From Sphingobacteriia bacterium (GTDB taxonomy: Bacteria; Bacteroidota; Bacteroidia; B-17B0; Aurantibacillaceae), in contig RFNG01000086.1 of NCBI GenBank assembly GCA_009927275.1, positions 337 to 64,336 on the forward strand: a stretch of DNA of 64,000 nucleotides. Direction: 5' to 3'. The position numbers and the translations under genes are program-made. The notes beneath the pieces were generated by a model. It was not told the DNA's origin. It ran no database searches and was given only the letters and a program-made list of their open reading frames with translations. This document shows positions 8,511 through 18,800 of the stretch, piece after piece (within the stretch, counting starts at the first letter, position 1; the number at the start of each line of letters is the position of its first letter).

Positions 8511-10108
8511 ATGCGGTATTCTTGGGATACATACCCCCTACACCCTGCCGTTGATGCATTTATTAAACATGATCCGGTTACCAATGAATTAATATCATGT
8601 CCCACACATATTGATGCAATACCCGAATTTATTAATACCCATGGTTTTACAGTAGAAAAACGGCAGGTGCTATATACTGTTTAAAAAATCAAACACAGGC
8701 TTTACACTTAGATATACCTCAGGTTAATGAAAATATTGAACGTATCAAAGCACCCACTACGTATACAGTAACCTGTGGCCATCAACTGGTGCTTTGGAGC
8801 GGACCACTTTTTGTATGGACTAAAATTGCACATTGTATAGCCATTTGCAAGCGTTTACAAATTCAGTTTCCTCAATACCAATTTGTGCCGGTATTTTGGC
8901 TGGCCGCTGAGGATCATGACACAGCTGAAATACAAACCGTTCATGTATTTGGAAAACGCTACCACTGGCCTGTAACAGGTAATGGACCGGTTGGCGAATT
9001 AATTCCAAATTCAGAATTAAATAACTGCCGAATAAATTTGCAAAACGCAATTCAAGGAATGCCCTTTGCCGATGCGTTTAATGCAGCCTTAAACGATTTT
9101 CAAAATTCAAAACATTTATCACAAGCCGTACAAGGTCTTTTATATCGGTTTTTTGGATCAGAAGGTTTAGTATGTATTGATGCCAACCGTGCAGAACTTA
9201 AACAACTCTTTAAAAATCAACTAAAGGCCGATATTTTACATCAAGAAACCATAAAAGCCAGTTTACAAACCATGCAGTTATGGCAAAGCAAGCAATGGAA
9301 ACCGGTTATTGGATTTCGACCTTGCAATATATTTTACATTTTTGAAAATACACGTAAACGCATTGACAAAACTCCTACGGGATTTGAATTGTCTGATAAA
9401 AGTAAATTCTGGACAACTTCTGAAATGGAACTTGAAATAGATTCTAATCCAGAACGTTTTAGCCCTAATGCACTTTTACGACCGTTGTACCAGCAATACA
9501 TTTTACCAAATATTATGTATGTTGCCGGACCTCAGGAATTGGCGTATTGGTTGCAATTAAAATCTGTTTTTAAACATTACAACATTTCCTTTCCGTTGCT
9601 TAGTTTAAGATACATGCAAATACCGCTTTCAGCAAAAACCATACGCTATTTACATAAATTAAATTTACAACCTATTGATACATTTAAAACGGAACAAGCG
9701 CTTTTAACTGCGGTTACATGTAATGACCCTTTAACATTACATGCAGTAGAATGGAATGCAACTTTTAAATCACGCATTGAAGATTTGGGACAACGTATAT
9801 ACCAAGTGGATGCAAGTTTGAAGCCTGCATTTGAGGCTGAAACGCATAAATATCTTAAAGGTATTGAACGATTAATTTCAAAATCAAATGCTAAAATTAA
9901 AAGCAATGCTACACAATTTCAACAGCAAATTAACAACATTAAAAATGCCGTTTTTCCCCAGCATCAAATTATAGAACGGACTGAACATCCTGCACAATGG
10001 TATTTACTAGAAGGACCTGATTTTATTAAACAACTTATTATGCGTTGCGAACAATTAGAGGGTGAAATCGTTTTTTATGCAACTGCACGGCATAACACAG
10101 AATCATGA
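8511..10108 (+). CDS. bshC: Bacillithiol biosynthesis cysteine-adding enzyme BshC (frameshift near 8681)
   Basis: ATG 8511 frame (MRYSWDTYPLHP...EKRQVLYTV) stops at 8682. Adding one T joins it to the frame reading ...YTVTCGHQLVLWSGP...FWLAAEDHD...FSPNALLRPLYQQYILPNIMYVAGPQELAYW, typical BshC motifs. Confidence 0.85.
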
Positions 10109-10716
10109 AAAAAAAATGGATTATTGCACTCATTATTTGCTTTCCCTCCTTATTTTGGATTATTTTAGAAAGCTCCACTATAAATTCAAAAAGATTACCC
10201 TTTTATGGTCCTAAATCTATAATAGAAAAGGATACTGTATATTACAAAGCACCTACTGTATTTTACGATATGGTTCGTAAAGACAGCTTTAGCTATCCGG
10301 GATCGTATATAGGCGTATTTATCGATGAGTCGTATCGCAAAGACAGTTACCGATTAGACGGTCTGTGGGAGTATTTTAATTATAATTTTGAGAAAATTAA
10401 AGAACTTCCGTTTATTTTTATTTTTGAAAATACCAATCGGATTACTGAACTTAAAACTTTTATGAAACAGCCTAATTTCTATTTTACAAACTGTACAAAT
10501 TTTGCTGCAACACAAAAGTCATATTACCTTAAAAAACCCTATTATGTAGATTCAAGCTATTTTGTACTTGTTGATCTAAATCGGCATATTCGAGGGTATT
10601 ATGACGCCCGTTATATTGCTGAGGTAAAACGGCTTATTGATGAATATCAACACTTACGTATAAAAGAAGAAAAACAACTTTTAATAGAAAAAAATGAAAT
10701 TAAGCAAAATCCTTAG
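10105..10716 (+). CDS. SCO-like membrane-anchored protein lacking CxxxC
   Basis: N-terminal TM, KRLPFYGP, and FVLVDLNRHIRGYYD mirror the adjacent SCO protein, but no CxxxC is present. Confidence 0.65.
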   Translation: MKKKWIIALIICFPSLFWIILESSTINSKRLPFYGPKSIIEKDTVYYKAPTVFYDMVRKDSFSYPGSYIGVFIDESYRKDSYRLDGLWEYFNYNFEKIKELPFIFIFENTNRITELKTFMKQPNFYFTNCTNFAATQKSYYLKKPYYVDSSYFVLVDLNRHIRGYYDARYIAEVKRLIDEYQHLRIKEEKQLLIEKNEIKQNP

Positions 10717-11368
10717 TGTTGCATTTGCCTTAGTGTTTATAAGCTGTAACACACAAAATTCAACTACACTTCCCTTTTATGGACCCAAAAAATTACTGGC
10801 AAGTGGAGATACTGCGTACCACCAAATAGGTAAATTTTCATTAATCAATCAAGATCAAGTTTCCATAAATGAGCAAATACTGCAATCTAAAATCAGTGTG
10901 GTTAATTTCTTTTTTGCCACCTGCCAAAGCATTTGTCCTATAATGAGCAAACATTTAATGCACTTACAAGACAGTTGTTTAAAATTTAATTCCGTATCAC
11001 ATGCTTATCCATTTCAGTTTATTTCTATAACTGTAAATCCAGAGCATGACAATCCTGATGTTTTAAAAAACTACGCAAAAAGCTACAATGCCAAATCGGG
11101 ATTTTGGACTTTTTTAACCGGATCAAAAACCGAAATTTACCATTTAGCTAAACATGATTTTTTAGTAAATGCACTAGAAAATAATTCTACCGCTGAAAAC
11201 ACAGCCTATACGCTTTCTACCGAAGAGTTTATACACAGTGAATTATTAATGTTGATTGACCCTAAAGGACATATACGTGGATTGTATAATGGCACAGATG
11301 AAAGCAGCGTTATTGAGTTATGGGATGCTCTAAAACGTCTTAGTAAGGAATTTGAAAAGCCACACTAA
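10694..11368 (+). CDS. SCO1/SenC copper chaperone (lipoprotein)
   Basis: Lipobox FISC, FFATCQSICP (CxxxC), SITVNPEHD, FIHSE, LIDPKGHIRGLYNG. Confidence 0.9.
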   Translation: MKLSKILSVAFALVFISCNTQNSTTLPFYGPKKLLASGDTAYHQIGKFSLINQDQVSINEQILQSKISVVNFFFATCQSICPIMSKHLMHLQDSCLKFNSVSHAYPFQFISITVNPEHDNPDVLKNYAKSYNAKSGFWTFLTGSKTEIYHLAKHDFLVNALENNSTAENTAYTLSTEEFIHSELLMLIDPKGHIRGLYNGTDESSVIELWDALKRLSKEFEKPH

Positions 11369-11370
11369 GT

Positions 11371-12894
11371 TTATTTAGCAGACTCTATCTGTTCAAGGGT
11401 TTGCAACATTTGGGGAACCTGTTCGGCACCTAAACGTTTTGCTTTAATTCGTTTTTCTGAATCCAGAATATAGATGACCGGTGTTGAGTAAATATCAAAT
11501 TTTTCCTTTAAGTTATTGATGTGAATAGGATCAAACACATGTATAAAGTCTTTAAGTTTCTTTTCAATTATAAACTTCTTCCAGTCTTTGTATAACTCAT
11601 CTTTGGTTTGTACAGCCAGTACTTTAAAATCAAGTTTTGATTTTAAAGCCCCTAACTCTTCATGTAGTTTAGGTACTTCCGTTTGACAATGTCCGCAATC
11701 TGCAGCCCAAAATACAAGCACGGTGTATTTAGCCTTAATACCATACAGGGTTTTAAACAAAGGGGTAATCTTATCAATATTTTTATAATACAAATCGGTA
11801 ATTGATTTACTGGATGATGCCGTGTCAAATCCCATTTTTCGGACTACACCGCCATAGGTGGTATCAATAGCAAATAAATCCGGTACTCTTGAATCTAAAA
11901 GCAAGTTACGCAGCACATCTACACGTTCTTTTATTTTAGCAACAGTTTCGTCTGCATATACTTTTTCTGCACGTCCGGAAATAATGAATTTATCTGCCAG
12001 ATGCACAAAAATCTTATCAAAACCCATTATTTTACTTTGTTCGTATTTATAAGTAAAATGTCCAATTAATAAATTATATATCAGTTCGTTTTCAGGACAT
12101 TTTAAAATTAATTTGTCTATTTCTTGGATAATAGTGTCCGGATGCTGTAAAATAACCTGATCAAAATAACGTATGATGCGGTCATCAAAAAAGGGCGTAC
12201 GAATAATTCGTTCATCTTTAAAATCTATTCCATCAAAAAAATGAGATTTATAATAGTAATAGGCATAAATACTATCAGGACGATTATTTTTAGCTTTTGG
12301 TAAATCTTTAGCCTCTTTTTCTGTTTTTAAATTCATAACATCATAAACGTAGGTACCCTTAGAGCGTGTCATAAAATTTTGATCAAACGTTTTAACCTCT
12401 TCATTTAATCGATCTAAATTTCGCTTCATGTATGCAGCACTATCAGAAGCATTAAGGCCCTTGGTTTGATCGCGCAGTGTTCCAAATTGTTTATTTTTAT
12501 CTGAAATAAATTTTAGATAACTAAAAAACTGCTCGTTATCTTTTGAACCGGTACATTTTAAATTGGAAATAATATCAGATTTATCCGTAGTTATAGTAAA
12601 CTTAAAACTATCGTTTATAAAAAAATCGAAATACACCGATTTACCCTGACTCACCAGCGTATAAATACCCTTGTCTAAGGGATCTTGTCCTTTAAAGCGA
12701 ATAAGACCGTCTTTAATATTTTTACAGGTATCGGTTATATATTGTTGGTCAAAAATATATTTTACCAGATACACCATTGAGTCATTACAACCTTTCATTT
12801 TAATGGTAATATCATAGCCTTTTTGGGCGTATGCGCTAACTACAAAAAGCATAGAAAGGAAAAGGGAGTTGAGAATTTGAGAGGCTTTTTTCAT
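11371..12894 (-). CDS. Redoxin/TlpA-like disulfide reductase with long N-terminal region (DUF5106-type architecture)
   Basis: Signal peptide AYA-Q; FWAADCGHC; FDIYSTPVIYILDSEKRIKAK. Confidence 0.85.
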   Translation of the reverse strand: MKKASQILNSLFLSMLFVVSAYAQKGYDITIKMKGCNDSMVYLVKYIFDQQYITDTCKNIKDGLIRFKGQDPLDKGIYTLVSQGKSVYFDFFINDSFKFTITTDKSDIISNLKCTGSKDNEQFFSYLKFISDKNKQFGTLRDQTKGLNASDSAAYMKRNLDRLNEEVKTFDQNFMTRSKGTYVYDVMNLKTEKEAKDLPKAKNNRPDSIYAYYYYKSHFFDGIDFKDERIIRTPFFDDRIIRYFDQVILQHPDTIIQEIDKLILKCPENELIYNLLIGHFTYKYEQSKIMGFDKIFVHLADKFIISGRAEKVYADETVAKIKERVDVLRNLLLDSRVPDLFAIDTTYGGVVRKMGFDTASSSKSITDLYYKNIDKITPLFKTLYGIKAKYTVLVFWAADCGHCQTEVPKLHEELGALKSKLDFKVLAVQTKDELYKDWKKFIIEKKLKDFIHVFDPIHINNLKEKFDIYSTPVIYILDSEKRIKAKRLGAEQVPQMLQTLEQIESAK

Positions 12895-12904
12895 AATGAG
12901 AGCT

Positions 12905-14452
12905 TTAACGGGTATTAGATTGATTTTGAATTTTTTGCAATGTAGATAAAAGTTCAGTTAAACTTTGATGATGTGATATTATAGTACTTTCAGCGTCCAA
13001 TAACATAAATGCAGGCGTAGCTTGTATGTCAAATGTAGTTTTAAATTTATTGAGATGTACAGGATCGGCATAATGTTTGAAAAAATTTAAGTTTTTTTCA
13101 CGAATAAAGTTAAGCCAACCTTTATAATCTGTATCAATTACATTAATTGCCAAAACCTTAAGTAAACCCGACTCTATAAGCGGTTTTAACCGGTCCTGAA
13201 TAATTGGAAGTTCTGAAATACAATGGGGGCAATCTGTAGACCAAAACAAAAGCAATTGCAATGGTCCGTTTTTAGTATTAAAACTATAAAACATAGATTC
13301 TAATTGTGCTTTGCGAAGCTCGTACAAGCGTTGTGCGTTTTCGGAGGAAATCCCAACTTTAAAACCCCAAGATTGAGCAATCCGGGTATTCATCGTGTCT
13401 AAAACTAGAAGTTCCGGAAGGGGTTTTCCGGTTAACAACGGCTCAATTTGTTGAATTCGGTTTAGCATTCGGTTTCGGGTTTCAGAATCAAATGAGGCAT
13501 CTAAAAATCCGGATCGTATGTATGTATTAACCAGTTCTACAAATACATCTTGCATGCCTCGCGGTTTTTTTGATTTATCAAAAATAAGCTCATTGCGGTT
13601 TTCATATATGGTCATTAAATGGGAAATTACATATGTTTTACTTTTCTTTTGCATATGCATGTTGGTAACCATTCTAAAGATTTCAGCAGTTACTGAATCG
13701 GGATGTAAGCTTACCCAATTTTCAAAATACTCTTGAATACGGGGGGCAAGGAATGGATTGGTTATTAATTCGGGTTTTGAAAAATCTATAAATTGCCAAT
13801 ACCGCCTTTTAAATTCAAGGCGCTGTTTAACCGAATCAGCAGGTACTTTTGAATACGTGCGCGGCGGGTTAATTTTTAATTTGAGCATTTGACCAAACAC
13901 ATTGGTGTAGTTTTTTTTAAATAACGAATCGCAATACATGAGGCTTCGTTTTTGAATTTGTGCAATGGTGTGTGTTACATCCGTACTTTGGTTACCTTGT
14001 GTTTCGCGCAATATTTGGCATCGTTCCAAATCACGGTTCCAGTTAGACAATTTTCGATTCCATTCAAAATAACTTTCATTTATAGCATGCGTTGAAGAAT
14101 GAAGTGTTGTAAGGGCATTGTGCACTTGGCATTGAATTTGTAATGGAAAATTGCCATCCATAAAAAAATCAAAATACGAACTTGATTTAGTTGCGTCTGT
14201 TATTAAATACATACCGGCCAAAACCTGATCAGGACATTTAAATACGGCTGTTCCATTCATATCGGTATGAGCACTGTCTAAAATTAATATTTGATCGTAC
14301 TCGTAACCGGCCAAAAACACTTTTGAACCCGGAATATCCTCAAGTTTAAGCGTTAGTATATTTTGATTTTGACTATACACAAACGAAATAAAGAAAATCC
14401 AAAATATCAACAGAACCCTTTGAAACGATTTAAGCTTAATGGCAATTAACAT
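12905..14452 (-). CDS. Second, diverged redoxin/TlpA-like paralog
   Basis: Signal peptide VYS-Q; FWSTDCPHC; FDIQATPAFMLLD; colinear with the adjacent gene. Confidence 0.8.
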   Translation of the reverse strand: MLIAIKLKSFQRVLLIFWIFFISFVYSQNQNILTLKLEDIPGSKVFLAGYEYDQILILDSAHTDMNGTAVFKCPDQVLAGMYLITDATKSSSYFDFFMDGNFPLQIQCQVHNALTTLHSSTHAINESYFEWNRKLSNWNRDLERCQILRETQGNQSTDVTHTIAQIQKRSLMYCDSLFKKNYTNVFGQMLKLKINPPRTYSKVPADSVKQRLEFKRRYWQFIDFSKPELITNPFLAPRIQEYFENWVSLHPDSVTAEIFRMVTNMHMQKKSKTYVISHLMTIYENRNELIFDKSKKPRGMQDVFVELVNTYIRSGFLDASFDSETRNRMLNRIQQIEPLLTGKPLPELLVLDTMNTRIAQSWGFKVGISSENAQRLYELRKAQLESMFYSFNTKNGPLQLLLFWSTDCPHCISELPIIQDRLKPLIESGLLKVLAINVIDTDYKGWLNFIREKNLNFFKHYADPVHLNKFKTTFDIQATPAFMLLDAESTIISHHQSLTELLSTLQKIQNQSNTR

Positions 14453-14484
14453 CCTAAATGAAATTTAAAGTATCAAATTTACAT

Positions 14485-14492
14485 TATATTTG
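14485..14492 (+). promoter_or_regulatory. Bacteroidota sigma-ABfr -7 element
   Basis: TATATTTG matches TAnnTTTG, 10 nt before ATG 14503. Confidence 0.6.
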
Positions 14493-14502
14493 ACAGGTAT
14501 TT

Positions 14503-15450
14503 ATGCATCCTGCCCTCATTGTTTTAACTGCATGTTTATTTGCATTACCCTACAGGGCTCAGGTTGATCAATCCGATTCCTCAGTTTTAAAAACCTTATT
14601 TTTAATTCAAAAACAGGCCGATCGGTTGTTTAAAAACCCTTCTGTTAAAATCCAAACCGCAAGCCATGATTCACTCGTTGCAGCCCTGGAGTTTATATTG
14701 CAATGTAAAGACCCGCTCATACTACCTTGGGACTCCTTAAAAAGCCATTTTTCGGTTTTAATACCTGCAAACCGCAGATTACTTTTAATAACCTGGAATT
14801 TACCGGAACGCAATGAGTGTAACCGTTATTATGGATTCTTATGGCAACAGGCAACTTTTAAAAAAAACCACTTTTGGCAGCGCAAAAAAAACACTACTGT
14901 AGCCCTACCCAACTTCGTGTACCGATTGCATGAAAACACAAATTGGTTAAAGCAAAAATCTCCTGAACTCTATACCGGTTCAGCCGAACAATGGCCGGGT
15001 ATGTTGTACACAGCTATAGTACCTGCAAACGGATATTATTTATTATTGGGCTGGAACGGTAAAGATGCTTACACCCAATTTAAAGGTATAGATGTGTTAT
15101 GGTTTGATGCAGAACATCAGCCACATTTTGGGAAACCGGTTTTTAAAATACCCAAAAAAAATCCCAAACGAATGTTATTTGAGTACAGTAAAGAAGCACA
15201 AATGAGTTTACGTTACGACCCCTGGTCACGCAGGGTAATTTACAGTCATTTAGGGCCACGTGATGAAAACCCTGCATTGCTTGGTCAATTTGCTTTTTAC
15301 GGCCCGGATGGTAGTTTTGATGCCTTAAATGAACGTGACAACCGCTGGATACTGGAAGAAGCTATAGATGTTCGAAACAAGCGTTCTAAACTGGATAATG
15401 CACCCAAGCCGGATACCGAACAGCAAATACAATTGTACCCTATAAAATAA
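14503..15450 (+). CDS. Secreted hypothetical protein
   Basis: Signal peptide YRA-Q. Motifs LLLGWNG, FGKPVF, FEYSKEAQMSLRYD and FYGPDGSFDA look conserved, but I cannot name a family. Confidence 0.7.
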   Translation: MHPALIVLTACLFALPYRAQVDQSDSSVLKTLFLIQKQADRLFKNPSVKIQTASHDSLVAALEFILQCKDPLILPWDSLKSHFSVLIPANRRLLLITWNLPERNECNRYYGFLWQQATFKKNHFWQRKKNTTVALPNFVYRLHENTNWLKQKSPELYTGSAEQWPGMLYTAIVPANGYYLLLGWNGKDAYTQFKGIDVLWFDAEHQPHFGKPVFKIPKKNPKRMLFEYSKEAQMSLRYDPWSRRVIYSHLGPRDENPALLGQFAFYGPDGSFDALNERDNRWILEEAIDVRNKRSKLDNAPKPDTEQQIQLYPIK

Positions 15451-15831
15451 TTAGAGTCCGATAAGGCTTTTGTAAGCTTCGGCATCCAGAAGTTGACCAA
15501 TTTCCTCAGGATTTGAAACCGTGATTTTAATCATCCAACCCGCACCGTATGGATCTTTATTAACCGATTCAGGATTTTGATCTATGGATGTGTTAGCAGC
15601 ATTAACGGTACCACTTAGGGGCATAAACAAATCACTAACCGTTTTAACAGCTTCTACAGTGCCAAAAATAGCTTCACGAGATACTTCTTCACCAACAGTG
15701 GGAATATCCACATAAACAATATCTCCCAATTCGTTTTGAGCAAAGTCCGTTATACCTATAGTGGCTTCAGAACCTTCTATACGAATCCACTCATGGTCTT
15801 TTGTGTATTTTAAATCTGCTGGTATATTCAT
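15451..15831 (-). CDS. gcvH: Glycine cleavage system H protein
   Basis: [15 protein letters not shown], lipoyl motif [17 protein letters not shown]. Start reassigned to ATG 15831. Confidence 0.95.
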   Translation of the reverse strand: MNIPADLKYTKDHEWIRIEGSEATIGITDFAQNELGDIVYVDIPTVGEEVSREAIFGTVEAVKTVSDLFMPLSGTVNAANTSIDQNPESVNKDPYGAGWMIKITVSNPEEIGQLLDAEAYKSLIGL

Positions 15832-15857
15832 AACGGATTCAAATATATACAATTTTA

Positions 15858-18800
15858 CTATTGAAAATTAATCCGCAAACTAAATCCACCATTGGCATTT
15901 GCCGTTGGAAATGCAGCTGATGTTTGCGGTGTATTGCTGGTCCAGTCGTAAAACAGGCGTAAAGTGATCATATCGGTAATCTGATAATCGGCTGAGGATC
16001 GAACAGACCAAATATTGGTACCCGCCGATGGCATGCTGTTGGCTGTTGAAATGTCGCGTATTACGGTTATATTTTTTCTATAACTTAAATCTAAACGTGT
16101 AGTTAACGGACTTTCCAGTGGTCTACCCAAAACCATAAGTTTTCCTATTTTTAATTTAGGATGTTTGTATCCAAAACCCACTACAAACTCTTGGCCCCGG
16201 GTTTCTATAATTTGAATACTCTTGGGATTTAATGCAATGGTTTTATTACGCTTCATTTCTGTATTAAAGGTCCATTTAGGATCCTTAAATTGAAAATCAA
16301 AACGAATGAGAGGCTCAAAGTTTTCTGAAAATACAACCGTATTGATATTGTAATAACTTATAAAATTGGGATTTAATTCGGTGGACCCTGATATTACCGA
16401 AACCTGATACCTTCGGTTTTGAAGCGCACTATCACTGTTAAACAGTAAATCGTTATTAAATGAACTGATACTGTATGTGCTTCGATAGCCGTGACGTACA
16501 CTTATACCCCTAAAGTGCTTTTGAATTACGGGTAATTGCCCCAATCCATCAAAGTTTAATGTCCAACCCGGTAAAGGTAGCTTAGGAAATATCGATTGGG
16601 TTGAATACGATTCTATGTCACGGCCAGTATAGGCTTTGTAAAAAGCATACAATAAAACATCTTGCTGATTTACAGAATATCCGTCGTAATAGGCTTTACC
16701 GGTTCCGGGTATGATTACACTGCCTTTTGAATATTTGTTTTTAGCACTTAACATCTTGGCAGCATTGTCGCGTTCACGTAAAAAATCATCAAACAATATA
16801 GAAGTTAAAGCATCTGCATTTTCGCGAAAGGACCGTCCTAACATAAGCGTTGAAATATTAAAATTTCCCGTTTCTACCGGACTTATATTAGTGCGATATC
16901 CATTAGTATTAAGTTGCGTTGAATCGTACACTATATAACTACTTTTACTTTTATTTAAGGTATATACACCATTAAAATCAATTCGTAAACTTTTATGCGG
17001 CTCAACACTGGCTCTGTAATTTAATATACGACCTGCATTTTCCAAATAAGGCGTTGTTTGCACAGCATTTGTACTTATCCAACGGTTGTTAATACTGGTT
17101 TTTAAAAAGTCCGGATCGTAGATACCACCCACAAATTTAATCCCTGGCGCTAAGTCATTATCTGAATCTAAACCTGCCGCACGCGATCGGGGTTTAAAAT
17201 TTGGAAGCGCCTGACCGCCGGTTAATTGGTAAGTTAATGAAGCATTTTTAAGCATTAACAGGGTTTGTCCCGCAAATTGTAAAATAGCTTTAAACGGATT
17301 GTCTTTTTTTGGTTTTAAGGTATCTCCTAAGGTCATTTCTCTTTTTTTAGCATCGCCTCTTGCCAGTGCCTGAACTGTTCGCGGAGCACCAGCCGTGGGA
17401 TTTAAAAGTTTATTTAAAAAAGGAATACGGCTGTAAAATGACACAAAATTTAAATTTGCGGTAATATTTTGTGTATTGGTATTTTGTATCGTATTGCCAA
17501 TTTGCAGGTCTGCTGCAAACGGTTTACGATTCCATGTATAGGTGCCGCCATAGCGGTATGAAATTTTTATAAAACTTAACACAGGGATTTTATTTATAGG
17601 TACATCCCAATTTAAATTATGCTGTTGTCTAAATTGTGTGTTTTCGCCGAATTGACCCATGGTGGTTACCGAACCATCAGCCAATACAGAGTCTCTACCG
17701 TTTTTAAATGTATTCCAGATGTAGTCGTTTTGTGAAACCGAACCGGACACCCATTCACCAGGTAATTCTAAAATTCGAGACTCGTTGGTGGCAGTATAAT
17801 CCCATTTAAGTGATTTTGAGAGATTCCACAACAAATTGTAATTACGTGTCATAATAAAGTTTTTATTAATTAAGGCCGGATTAGAAAAGCCTAATGTATC
17901 GGCATACAGACTTGTATTGTCACGGTTTTTAAGTAATACATAGGTTCGGTTTATGTCGGTTGAAAATCCAAAATTATTTGGCGTTAACTGTATATTAAAA
18001 TCTTTAATAAGTGCTAAACTTTTAGCTTTTAAAAATTTTAAGTTTTGAAAAGGCGTTATACTTAAAGGTGATTTAATTGCATATGCATATTGTACATTTA
18101 ATCGTAATTGCCTATTAACAGATTGTTCTATGGTAACATTACGCTTTGAAATTTCATTATATACATAGGTGGCAGTAAAATTTGAAATATCATAAAAAGC
18201 AGGTTTTGCCACTTTACGTTTTAAGCCCTCAATTTTAACATTGCTTACGTTAAATCCTTTACGCTCGGTGATATCTAATACACGATTAAGAATATCCTGT
18301 TGCAATGCAGCATCAGAAATCTGATTTAAATCTTGCATTCGCACATCCGGATCCAGTGGATTAAATAAAGGTGTTATTCGGGTTTGACCAAAATTGTAGT
18401 AAATGGGTAAGGTAATTTTTAATGCTTCGGGTAAAAACTTACCCATATTTAATGCAGTACTCATATCCCAATCAACTGTGGATTCCTTGGTTCGGTCATT
18501 GATTTTACTTTCTACGCCTCCCCAAAACGGCGACTTATATGTTCCCGACAACGCCATATTACCCACATCTGCTAGTTTAGTTTGTACTTGTCCGGTAGCC
18601 GCCCAACCGCCTTGATTATTAAAATCCGTAAGGCGTAATTCGTTAATCCAGATTTCAGCACAATGTGAAAGGCGATCTGGTGTTTTACGATTACGAACAC
18701 CTACCATTATACTTTTAACATTACCAAGGTTAGGATTTCCAACAATTGTTACCGAATACGTACCAAAGGATTTTGTAAATGGAACTGACACCTGATTTAA

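Noticed and set aside
8511-10108. bshC in a Gram-negative bacterium as a novelty
   Set aside because: bsh genes and bacillithiol derivatives are already known in Bacteroidota.
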